Shown here in pieces: positions 5,996 to 13,390 of a DNA stretch of 35,026 bases. Source of the stretch: a virus. Every line of letters starts with the position of its first letter. Position 1 is the stretch's first letter. The notes beneath the pieces were generated by a model, which saw only the letters and a list, made by a program, of their open reading frames with translations, did no database searches and had not been told where the DNA came from. The stretch is from the IMG/VR virus record IMGVR_UViG_3300045988_156067; one strand, given 5' to 3'. Both the position numbers and the translations under genes were made by a program.

Positions 5996-6283
5996 ATGCA
6001 AAAAGGAGAAGTTTTTTTAAGACAGAACGCAATGAAGGTTGCAATCATGTGCGTGGAAGCAATGCATGCAGATAATACCACGCTCGACCCGATGCAAGAG
6101 GCTGACCATTTCGATGTCATGAAGCCGCTGTATCGGATTCTTGGCGAACTGGATGCAGCTGCACAGGCGTTCGTAGATGCAGACTTGCAAACGCTGGCAA
6201 AACAGGTCGAGGATGAATCAGACCTGAATCTCAGCCAGCTGGACTTCTTGGAAAGCGATGTGGTGACGGATGATAAAGATTGA
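5996..6283 (+). CDS. Acidic hypothetical protein
   Basis: 95-aa track ORF with an AGGGAGAAAGGAAAG SD region and an Asp/Glu-rich C-terminus. Confidence 0.55.
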   Translation: MQKGEVFLRQNAMKVAIMCVEAMHADNTTLDPMQEADHFDVMKPLYRILGELDAAAQAFVDADLQTLAKQVEDESDLNLSQLDFLESDVVTDDKD

Positions 6284-6515
6284 AAATGATTGCAGCTGCT
6301 GCGAACGGTGCGGAAATTGCGGTGCAAAGCGTGTGCCGCATGTTTACTGTGATGGATGCGGTGCGGAAGTGTCCGGCGACAGCAAACTGATTCGGATTGT
6401 CGGTAACGATGATGCTTGGCTTTGCGAGGATTGCCTTGCAGAATGGGTGGAAAGCGTCACAGTCACGACCTATGCCGCCGACCTTGTAAGGGAGATGAAC
6501 GCAGAAGATGTTTGA
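6270..6515 (+). CDS. Cys-rich hypothetical protein
   Basis: CSCCERCGNCG...CDGCG...CEDC, several CxxC pairs. It overlaps both neighbouring genes. Confidence 0.5.
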   Translation: MIKIENDCSCCERCGNCGAKRVPHVYCDGCGAEVSGDSKLIRIVGNDDAWLCEDCLAEWVESVTVTTYAADLVREMNAEDV

Positions 6516-6765
6516 ATCCGGCGTGAAAAAGTATGTTTTCGTGCGGGTCAACTATGAATTCGGCTTTCCGGTGACGTTTCACGATGTCGCACACATCGAA
6601 TGTGCATATTGTCAGATGTATGACAAGTACAAGAATCGCTGCAACATCACCGGAGAGTACATTGTAGAGCCAACCCGTTATGTGGGCTTTGAATGCCCGT
6701 TGGAATTAGCAGAAGGAGGAAGTGAAGAGCATGGACGAACAGAAGATGGAACAGAAACCCGATGA
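6508..6765 (+). CDS. Hypothetical protein
   Basis: Track ORF. Its start overlaps the previous stop and its tail overlaps the erf start. Confidence 0.45.
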   Translation: MFESGVKKYVFVRVNYEFGFPVTFHDVAHIECAYCQMYDKYKNRCNITGEYIVEPTRYVGFECPLELAEGGSEEHGRTEDGTETR

Positions 6766-7348
6766 ACGGCGGCTGCCGGAACGGTTGCTGGCAATCCAGA
6801 ACGAACTAAAAGCCCCGAAAGGACAGTACAACAGCTTCGGAAAGTATAAATATCGCAGTGCTGAGGACATCTTAGAGGCGGTCAAACCGCTTGCAGAGCA
6901 GCACAGCGTTTTAATTTACTGTTCGGATGATATTGTCATGGTTGGCAATCGCATCTATGTAAAGGCAACCGCAACGGCGGAGGATGCCACTGGCAGATGC
7001 AGTGCTATTACAGTGACCGCCTTTGCGAGAGAGCCGGACGACAAGAAAGGCATGGATGCCAGTCAGATTACTGGCACGGCATCCAGCTATGCCCGAAAGT
7101 ATGCGTTAAATGGTCTGCTCTGCATTGACGATGCAAAGGATGCAGATACAGACGCTTACCAGACCGCCGGAAATGCTCCCACAGCGAAGCAACAGCAACC
7201 CCGTCAAATTTACTGTAGCAACTGCAAAAAGCCCATACAAGCCGTAAAGGGCAAGGATGGGCGATTGTATCAGCCGATTGACATTTACAAGCAATGCAGA
7301 GGGCTTTGCATTAACTGTTTTCAGGCATCTAAGGGGGCAGGAAAATGA
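6731..7348 (+). CDS. erf: ERF-family single-strand annealing recombinase with a C-terminal CxxC...CxxC tail
   Basis: SFGKYKYRSAEDILEAVKP...ITGTASSYARKYALNGLLCIDD is the ERF signature. The ATG at 6731 has GGAGGA about 9 nt upstream; the track starts at a GTG at 6722. Confidence 0.88.
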   Translation: MDEQKMEQKPDERRLPERLLAIQNELKAPKGQYNSFGKYKYRSAEDILEAVKPLAEQHSVLIYCSDDIVMVGNRIYVKATATAEDATGRCSAITVTAFAREPDDKKGMDASQITGTASSYARKYALNGLLCIDDAKDADTDAYQTAGNAPTAKQQQPRQIYCSNCKKPIQAVKGKDGRLYQPIDIYKQCRGLCINCFQASKGAGK

Positions 7349-7902
7349 CAGACAGAAAAGCATTTGCAAAGAAAGTGAAAGTCCTCTGCGACACCCGAGA
7401 GCAATGCAATCAGCACATCATTCAGTACTTACATGCAAATGGGATTGCTACAGAAAGCCGCAAGCTGGACTTCGGAGATTATTCCTTTGAAATCAATGGG
7501 AAGTGCTTCGAGCGTTCCTGCATCGTTGAACGGAAAGGCAGCGTGGACGAACTCTTCGGGAACTTCGTCCACGACCGGGAACGCATTCAGAAAGAGTTCG
7601 ATGCAGCTGCAAAGAATGCCCAGCACATGGAATTGATTTTAGAGGGCGTAACATCAGAAGAAGAACTAAAGGCGTTTGAAATCCCAGAAAAGCAGATGAT
7701 TGCCCAGAACCGGAAGGTGCAGCGTATCGGCGAAACCGTCTATTTCGCTCTGCGGTCGCTGCGATCAGGCAATCGGTGCGGCTTGCAGGTGTCATTTGTC
7801 CGGAAAGAAGATACAGCCAAAAAGCTGCTGGAAATCTTTTACTATTACTATCGGAACTACGAAAGAGCGGTTGCACCGCTGCGAAAGGAGCAAAAACAAT
7901 GA
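7345..7902 (+). CDS. ERCC4/XPF-type nuclease-domain protein (candidate junction or flap endonuclease)
   Basis: CDTRE...FGDYSF...VERKGSVDELFGNF fits the D.RE / GDY / ERK..D motif order of ERCC4 nucleases. ATGA overlaps occur on both sides. Confidence 0.65.
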   Translation: MTDRKAFAKKVKVLCDTREQCNQHIIQYLHANGIATESRKLDFGDYSFEINGKCFERSCIVERKGSVDELFGNFVHDRERIQKEFDAAAKNAQHMELILEGVTSEEELKAFEIPEKQMIAQNRKVQRIGETVYFALRSLRSGNRCGLQVSFVRKEDTAKKLLEIFYYYYRNYERAVAPLRKEQKQ

Positions 7903-8468
7903 TAAACAAGGTAATTTTAATGGGTCGGTTGTGTGCAGACCCGGAACTCAGAAACACACAAAGCGGCATTGCTGTTTGCAGTTTTCGGATTGCCGTCAAT
8001 CGGCAGTACAGCAAAAACAGTGACCAGAAAGCGGATTTTATCAACATCGTCAGCTGGCGGCAGCAAGCGGAATTTGTCAACCGGTATTTCCGTAAGGGGT
8101 CGATGATTATCGTAGAGGGCAAGTTGCAAAACGCTGATTACACGGACAACAACGGGGTTAAACATTATGCTATGAATGTACAAGCGGACAATGTGACTTT
8201 CGGCGAGAGTAAGACAGTCCAGAACGCCGCACATAGCGATTATAACAGCCAACCGCAAAACTACCAGCCCACACCGCAAACGGCTTACAGTGAGCCGCAG
8301 ACGCCGTCTTACAGCAATCCGATGCAGGACGTTGTCAATCAGTCACAAAATGTCGTACATACCTATGAGGCAGATGTCAAAAATGCTGGTAAGTCAACGC
8401 CGGAAATTGACCTCGACGACCTTAGCGACTTCCAAACGATTCTCGGGGATGGGGACGTACCGTTTTAA
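7899..8468 (+). CDS. ssb: Single-stranded DNA-binding protein
   Basis: The OB-fold N-terminus is MINKVILMGRLCADPELRNTQSGIAVCSFRIAVNR...FINIVSWRQQAEFV. It has a Q/P-rich linker and an acidic tip DLSDFQTILGDGDVPF. The start is an internal ATG of track ORF 7776..8468. Confidence 0.92.
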   Translation: MINKVILMGRLCADPELRNTQSGIAVCSFRIAVNRQYSKNSDQKADFINIVSWRQQAEFVNRYFRKGSMIIVEGKLQNADYTDNNGVKHYAMNVQADNVTFGESKTVQNAAHSDYNSQPQNYQPTPQTAYSEPQTPSYSNPMQDVVNQSQNVVHTYEADVKNAGKSTPEIDLDDLSDFQTILGDGDVPF

Positions 8469-8484
8469 AAGGAGATGATTCCAG

Positions 8485-9195
8485 ATGCTGGAAAGCGGTT
8501 ATATTAAGCTATATCGGTCACTTTTAAACTGGGAGTGGTACGATGACATCAACACAAAAACGGTCTTTCTGCATCTGCTGTTGACCGTCAACATAGCAAA
8601 AAGACAATGGCACGGAATCAGCGTGCCTTGTGGCGGTCGGGTTTCCAGCTATGCGGTTCTGGCAGAGGAAACGAAGCTGACAGAAAGGCAAGTCCGAACT
8701 GCAATAAAGCACCTAGAAACGACAGGCGAAGTGACAAGGTACAAATACCACAAATTTACCGTATTTGCTATAAATAATTACGACAAGTATCAATTAGTGA
8801 CAGGCAAAGCGACAGAGTGGCGACAGGGTGATGACAAGGTAGCGACAGGGCAGCGACAACAGAATAAGAAGATAGAAGAAGATAAAGAAGATATCTATCT
8901 ATCTATCTTAGATGCAGAAAGCCAAAATTTTCCTCCAACGCTGGAAGAAATCCGGTTATTTGCAGAGCAAGAGAAAATCCGGATTGACGTGCAAAAGTTT
9001 TATGACTATTACACGGAAAGAGATTGGAAGACGAAAAACGGGAATTTTATCCGAAATTGGAAAAAGACACTGCAATATTGGGGTGAAACAGAGGGAACGC
9101 CACACAAAGGAAAAAAGCAGCAACAAGAAACACCAGTATCAGAAAACGCTGAAGCTTATGCAAGCCTGATTTTAAACTTGGATGAGCCGATATAA
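8485..9195 (+). CDS. Replication initiator/replisome-organiser-like protein (winged-helix N-terminal domain)
   Basis: GYIKLYRSLLNWEWY...LTERQVRTAIKHLETTGEV, and at the C-terminus FYDYYTERDWKTKNGNFIRNWKKTLQYW, resemble phage replication organisers. It lies after ssb and contains an internal iteron array. Confidence 0.65.
   Translation: MLESGYIKLYRSLLNWEWYDDINTKTVFLHLLLTVNIAKRQWHGISVPCGGRVSSYAVLAEETKLTERQVRTAIKHLETTGEVTRYKYHKFTVFAINNYDKYQLVTGKATEWRQGDDKVATGQRQQNKKIEEDKEDIYLSILDAESQNFPPTLEEIRLFAEQEKIRIDVQKFYDYYTERDWKTKNGNFIRNWKKTLQYWGETEGTPHKGKKQQQETPVSENAEAYASLILNLDEPI
8797..8865. repeat. Six phased iterons with core GCGACAG at 11-bp spacing
   Basis: GACA cores begin at 8799, 8811, 8822, 8833, 8844 and 8855. 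The units are gtGACAggcaaa, gcGACAgagtg, gcGACAgggtg, atGACAaggta, gcGACAgggca and gcGACAacaga. Confidence 0.85.
8893..8908. repeat. (ATCT)4 microsatellite following a purine/A-rich tract
   Basis: atctatctatctatct is read directly. It is preceded by aataagaagatagaagaagataaagaagat. Confidence 0.9.
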
Positions 9196-9206
9196 TGGAG
9201 GTTATT

Positions 9207-9809
9207 ATGAAATATTCTGAAGATTTGCAAATGCAGATTGCATTTGAACACTATGTAGATTGTGAGAGCATCGCCAAGCTGGGCGACCGGTATGAAATTC
9301 CGTCCGATACGGTTTACAGATTCTGTAGAGAACATCGGGGCGAGTTTCGGGACGCTATCGTGCGGAACTGGAAGCGGAGCGAGAAGCGAATGAGAAGAGC
9401 AGTTGCCGACTATCGAAACGGGGAAACCGTGGACTTTATCCGATGCAAGTATCACATCGGCACGACTTCCCTATATCGGGCACTCAGTGCAAAAAGTGCC
9501 TCTTATCTTACGAACCCGCCAGTATTCACAGAAGAAGAGCTTACAAAGGCGAAAGCGGTCTCCTACTTTGGAGATTGGAAAACGGAAATTTTGTCGATGG
9601 ATGCACAGAAAAAGCCCTTGTATGGCATCTATAACCCTGGGAATGGAACATGGTTGCAACGGCTCTGTCATGGTGGAATCATGCGACCATGGCTATATTC
9701 AACGATGTATGGGGCGAATGCGAAGCTGGCACAAGTGAAAAAGCTACGGGGATTACATAACATCGGAGCGGCTGAACTGAAAGTGCAGTGGTATGGATGG
9801 AAGCAGTGA
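9207..9809 (+). CDS. Hypothetical DNA-binding protein with two HTH-like segments
   Basis: ESIAKLGDRYEIPSDTVYRF and VDFIRCKYHIGTTSLYRAL are the HTH-like segments. The C-terminus GIYNPGNGTWLQRLCHGG is vaguely AP2-like. GGAGG lies 5 nt upstream of the ATG at 9207. Confidence 0.5.
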   Translation: MKYSEDLQMQIAFEHYVDCESIAKLGDRYEIPSDTVYRFCREHRGEFRDAIVRNWKRSEKRMRRAVADYRNGETVDFIRCKYHIGTTSLYRALSAKSASYLTNPPVFTEEELTKAKAVSYFGDWKTEILSMDAQKKPLYGIYNPGNGTWLQRLCHGGIMRPWLYSTMYGANAKLAQVKKLRGLHNIGAAELKVQWYGWKQ

Positions 9810-9811
9810 CG

Positions 9812-10330
9812 ATGGGAAAAGAATTGAAAGATTGGTATGCCCAGCATGGGATTTGTGTAAGTTGTGGGCAAGAAAAAGCTGCACCCAACAGAAAGGAATG
9901 CTTTGCATGCTTAGAAAAAAGAGTTGAACGAAATATGAAATACTATCACAGTATGTCAGAAGAACAAAAGCAAGCACGGAACGAAAAGCTAAGAAAACAA
10001 TATGCAGAGCGAAAAGCTGCTGGAAAATGCACACGCTGCGGAAAAAAGCCGGCAGCATCTGGAAGAGCCATGTGCGTGATGTGTGCAAAGCAGGATGCAA
10101 ACAGGCATATGGAAAAGAGACGGGAAAACGGGGTTTTGCCAAGATATATGTTTGGCGATGGCTACCACTGTGTAACCTGTGGCAAGGATATTGATAACGG
10201 CAAAAAGCAGTGTGATGAGTGCTATAGCAAATCTGTACATGCAATGGAGATTGCAAGAGGAAAAATAAAAGGTGGTTTTAGAAGCCAGAGGCTTGTGCTT
10301 GGTAAAACGGGAAGGAAGACAGGAACATGA
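9812..10330 (+). CDS. Triple zinc-ribbon protein, paralogue of the gene at 4477..4806
   Basis: WYAQHGICVSCG...CFAC...SEEQKQ...CTRCGKK...CVMC...CVTCG...CDEC. The start is uncertain (9788 or 9812). Confidence 0.6.
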   Translation: MGKELKDWYAQHGICVSCGQEKAAPNRKECFACLEKRVERNMKYYHSMSEEQKQARNEKLRKQYAERKAAGKCTRCGKKPAASGRAMCVMCAKQDANRHMEKRRENGVLPRYMFGDGYHCVTCGKDIDNGKKQCDECYSKSVHAMEIARGKIKGGFRSQRLVLGKTGRKTGT

Positions 10331-10476
10331 GCAAAATCAATGCCACGCAAATCCTACCCATTGCCATGATACTGCTGGATGTTGGTGCAGCGGTAGTGTG
10401 TTTGTGGCATAGAGACCACAGACGAGCGGTTTATTGGTTGGCTGCGGCAGTTTTAAATTTGACCGTTACGTTTTAA
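10327..10476 (+). CDS. Small two-helix membrane protein (49 aa)
   Basis: My own translation MSKINATQILPIAMILLDVGAAVVCLWHRDHRRAVYWLAAAVLNLTVTF, with an ATGA overlap to the previous gene. Confidence 0.45.
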   Translation: MSKINATQILPIAMILLDVGAAVVCLWHRDHRRAVYWLAAAVLNLTVTF

Positions 10477-10528
10477 TCGCAGCGAAAGAAACGAAAGAAT
10501 CTGAAAGAAAGAGAAAGGAAGAAAGCCT

Positions 10529-10726
10529 ATGAAAGTCCAATCAAGATTGAAGCCATGCCCGTTCTGCGGCAATAAGAATGTAAAGCAGGTGACAGCACCT
10601 TTGAGAGGTACACAGATGTTTATCTGTAACGTGTGCGGTGCGGATGTTTGCTTTTTTGGAGCGGAATATGATGTGAAAGCAAGAATCGCATGGAATCGGA
10701 GAAGTGAAACGGAGGAATCAGAATGA
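10529..10726 (+). CDS. Lar-family restriction-alleviation-like zinc-ribbon protein
   Basis: LKPCPFCGNKNV......FICNVCGADV......ARIAWNRR matches the Lar-family pattern CPFCG...C..CG...A...WNRR. Confidence 0.7.
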   Translation: MKVQSRLKPCPFCGNKNVKQVTAPLRGTQMFICNVCGADVCFFGAEYDVKARIAWNRRSETEESE

Positions 10727-11229
10727 ACGACATCGAAAAGAAACTGGAAGCCCTGAAAGCGAAATTTTTGGAAAAGCTGGAAGAACTGCAAAAAGAAGCA
10801 GAGGCACAGAAGGAACAGGAAGAGTTGAAGCCGTGGAAGCCGGAAACTGAAGAACAATACTTTTTTGTCAAAGATAGCTTTTATGCGAGCGGCTATTGGA
10901 ACGAAAATGACGAAGTGGATAATCATAATTTTGAAATTGGAAACTGTTTTCGCACAAAAGAACGTGCCGAGGAAGTCGCAAAGAAAATGCGGTTGCTGTT
11001 ACGGTTGGAACAATTGCATGATATGCTCTGCCCAGACTATGTGCCGGATTTTGGAAGCGGAGAAGCAACGTATTGCCTTTATTATGATTACAGTAGCAGC
11101 CGCTGGGCTGTTGAAGGCTGGTATGATTGCAATTGCCGCGTTAATGGCCCTTATTTCGACACCGAAGAAAACGCTGAAAAAGCAGCGGAAATCCTAAACA
11201 AAGAATTGACTTCACGAAGATTCGGCTGA
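10723..11229 (+). CDS. Hypothetical protein with an N-terminal coiled coil
   Basis: 168-aa track ORF with an ATGA overlap to the previous gene. I recognise no family. Confidence 0.6.
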   Translation: MNDIEKKLEALKAKFLEKLEELQKEAEAQKEQEELKPWKPETEEQYFFVKDSFYASGYWNENDEVDNHNFEIGNCFRTKERAEEVAKKMRLLLRLEQLHDMLCPDYVPDFGSGEATYCLYYDYSSSRWAVEGWYDCNCRVNGPYFDTEENAEKAAEILNKELTSRRFG

Positions 11230-11242
11230 AAACAAAGGAGAA

Positions 11243-11653
11243 ATGAGGATGACTTTAGAAACATTACAGCAATGCCGTAACGCTGCACATGCACTACAGA
11301 AAGCACAGAAAGCAATTAACATGCATGAATCTGGTGCCGGCTGCATTAGCGGTATGCACTACGGTGACATGCCAAGAGGGCGAGGCGAGCCAATTTCTTC
11401 CCAAGAAGCCTACGTAGAGAAGAAGGAACGTCTGGAAGAAGAACTGAATCAGAAAAAGACAATGTATCAGAATCTGAAATGTGAAGTCTTGCATGCAGTA
11501 TCCAGCCTGACAAGGTTACAACGGCAATTGATTTGCGGATACTATGTGCATGGGCACTCCTGGGATACTGTCAACAGAATCTGTGGAGTAAAGCGGCAGC
11601 AGTCCATCTATCAAGTTCGAAAAGCCTTTGATAAAATTTTGGAAAGGGCTTGA
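11243..11653 (+). CDS. Late-gene regulator candidate with a sigma-70 region-4-like HTH (ArpU/RinA/DUF1492-type position)
   Basis: The C-terminus LTRLQRQLICGYYVHGHSWDTVNRICGVKRQQSIYQVRKAFDKI resembles sigma region 4. It is the last gene before terS. The ATG at 11249 is better spaced from the AAGGAG SD. Confidence 0.6.
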   Translation: MRMTLETLQQCRNAAHALQKAQKAINMHESGAGCISGMHYGDMPRGRGEPISSQEAYVEKKERLEEELNQKKTMYQNLKCEVLHAVSSLTRLQRQLICGYYVHGHSWDTVNRICGVKRQQSIYQVRKAFDKILERA

Positions 11654-11678
11654 CATTCAACATCGTTTGTGCTATAAT
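11650..11678 (+). promoter_or_regulatory. Consensus promoter TTGACA-17 bp-TGcTATAAT upstream of the packaging genes
   Basis: TTGACA at 11650..11655 overlaps the regulator stop codon. TATAAT is at 11673..11678 and a TG at 11670..11671. Confidence 0.7.
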
Positions 11679-11697
11679 TGCTAACATAGATTATTGT

Positions 11698-11729
11698 GCC
11701 TGATGGTGTAACGCCATCGGGCATTTTTT
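11698..11729 (+). terminator. Intrinsic terminator in the late leader (9-bp stem with one G.U pair, followed by a U6 run)
   Basis: GCCTGATGG at 11698..11706 pairs with CCATCGGGC at 11714..11722, followed by ATTTTTTA. Confidence 0.7.
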
Positions 11730-11754
11730 ATACCTGAAAAACGGAGGGAGGACG

Positions 11755-12240
11755 TTGGCAAATGAAGAAAACCTGATTCCGATGGACGAACGAACAGAGA
11801 ACGAACAAAGAGAAATTGCAAGAAAAGGTGGCAAAAAGTCCGGAGAAGCACGCCGCAGAAAAAAAGACATGAAAGCCAAAATGAAGTTGCTGCTTTCCCT
11901 GCAGCCGACCGCCAGCCAAACAGAATTGTTGAAAGCACTTGGCATTCCGGAAGAGGACGCAGATAATGAAATGCTGCTGCTGGTTGCCATGTTTCAGGCT
12001 GCCACGGAAGACCGAGATACCAAAGCATTTGATAAGGTCATGGACGTACTTGGAAAGACCGTACAACGGGAAGAACTGACCTTGAAAAAGCGGCAGGCGG
12101 CGAAGCAAGACAAGCCGAGCAACGGCATGACGGAACAGCTGATTGCAGGAATGCAGGAACAGGGGGCGGAAGATGATTTACACGAAGAAGCAGCGGCAAT
12201 TGATGGAACTGTGGCGAACAAAGAAGTTGCAGCGGATTAA
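11755..12240 (+). CDS. terS: Terminase small subunit (TTG start)
   Basis: It lies immediately upstream of, and overlapping, terL. The N-terminus is NLIPMDERTENEQREIARKGGKKSGEARRRKK. A GGAGGGAGGA SD lies 2 nt before the TTG at 11755. No in-frame ATG alternative exists near the SD. Confidence 0.7.
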   Translation: MANEENLIPMDERTENEQREIARKGGKKSGEARRRKKDMKAKMKLLLSLQPTASQTELLKALGIPEEDADNEMLLLVAMFQAATEDRDTKAFDKVMDVLGKTVQREELTLKKRQAAKQDKPSNGMTEQLIAGMQEQGAEDDLHEEAAAIDGTVANKEVAAD

Positions 12241-13375
12241 CTTGCTGGAAGGGTCTGTTTCTTCTGGGAAGACGTGGATTTCATTGGTATGCTGGGGGTT
12301 CTGGCTGGCTACCATGCCGCAAAATCAGCTGTATCTGATGTGCGGAAAGTCGTTGACCACGTTGAAACGAAACTGTTTGATTCCGCTGGAAGCCATGTTC
12401 GGGCAAAGTAATTTTTCTTTTTCAACCTCTGCCAAAGAAGCCTATCTGTTCGGCAGGCGGGTCCTGCTGGAAGGTGCAAACGATGCACGCAGCGAAGGAA
12501 AAATTCGAGGGCTGACCCTGCAGGGTGCGTATTGCGATGAATTGACACTGTTCCCAAAGGATTTCTTTGTTATGCTGCTATCCCGTTTGCGTGTACCTGG
12601 TGCAAAGCTGATTGCAACGACCAATCCCGACAGCCCCCAACACTGGTTGAAAAGAGAATACATTGACCGCATGGCTGAACTGGATATGTTGACCATGCGT
12701 TTTTTATTGGAAGACAATACAACGCTTGACCCACAGTATGTGGCTGCGGTAAAAGCAGAATATACAGGCGTGTTTTATCGCCGCTTTATCTTGGGCGAAT
12801 GGTGCGTTGCAGAAGGGCTGATTTACCCGATGTTTGACAAGGCGGTGCATGTCAAATCTTTGCCGCATCCGCAGGGAGAATGGTATGTTTCCGTTGACTA
12901 CGGCACACTAAACGCCTTTTCTGCAGGGCTGTGGTGCTATGATGGAACAACTGCCTATCGGGTCGCTGAGTATTATTACAGCGGCAGAGAACAAAAGCGA
13001 CAGCGTACCAATACGCAATATTTGCAGAGCATTCAGCAGTTGACCGCTGGGAAGTCCATTTCGGCAGTCATTGTTGACCCGTCCGCTGCCAGCTTTATTG
13101 CAGAACTGCGGCAGGCAGGCTTTTTGGTGCGAAAAGGAAAAAATGATGTGGTCGAGGGCATCCGGCGAACGGCGGCTGCTCTGGAACAAGGAAAGCTGCT
13201 GTTTTCTCCGGATTGCAAAAACAGCTTTCGGGAGTTCGCCCTTTATCGCTGGGACGAATCCAGCAGCCAAGATCGCCCCATTAAAGAAAATGACCATGCC
13301 ATGGATGACATCCGTTATTTTGTATCCACCATCCTGCGAGAGCAGCCAAAACCAACCAGAGTTGGAAAATTTTAA
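12173..13375 (+). CDS. terL: Terminase large subunit (PBSX/Terminase_3-like)
   Basis: Walker A LLEGSVSSGKTW and Walker B-like GAYCDELT. The nuclease half includes YVSVDYG...VIVDPSAA...ENDHAMDDIRY. The start is an internal ATG of track ORF 12143 and overlaps terS by 68 nt. Confidence 0.93.
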   Translation: MIYTKKQRQLMELWRTKKLQRINLLEGSVSSGKTWISLVCWGFWLATMPQNQLYLMCGKSLTTLKRNCLIPLEAMFGQSNFSFSTSAKEAYLFGRRVLLEGANDARSEGKIRGLTLQGAYCDELTLFPKDFFVMLLSRLRVPGAKLIATTNPDSPQHWLKREYIDRMAELDMLTMRFLLEDNTTLDPQYVAAVKAEYTGVFYRRFILGEWCVAEGLIYPMFDKAVHVKSLPHPQGEWYVSVDYGTLNAFSAGLWCYDGTTAYRVAEYYYSGREQKRQRTNTQYLQSIQQLTAGKSISAVIVDPSAASFIAELRQAGFLVRKGKNDVVEGIRRTAAALEQGKLLFSPDCKNSFREFALYRWDESSSQDRPIKENDHAMDDIRYFVSTILREQPKPTRVGKF

Positions 13376-13390
13376 CCGGAAAGAAGGAAC

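Noticed and set aside
7776-7898. Upstream extension of the SSB ORF (track start 7776).
   Set aside because: The extension overlaps the 3' end of the ERCC4-like gene. The ATG at 7899 forms an ATGA stop/start overlap and gives the canonical MINKVILMGRL SSB N-terminus.
8893-8908. (ATCT)4 inside the replication gene as a phase-variation switch.
   Set aside because: Gaining or losing a 4-nt unit would frameshift an essential replication gene. Its position next to the iterons and an A-rich tract makes an unwinding-element role more plausible, and it is reported under the origin finding.
10477-10528. Polypurine tract (gaaagaaacgaaagaatctgaaagaaagagaaaggaagaaag) as a possible structural or regulatory element. 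A similar tract lies at 5520..5575.
   Set aside because: Purine-rich leaders ahead of start codons are common extended SD regions in Firmicutes phages. There is no repeat unit or dyad beyond GAAAG-like words, so no specific function can be supported.
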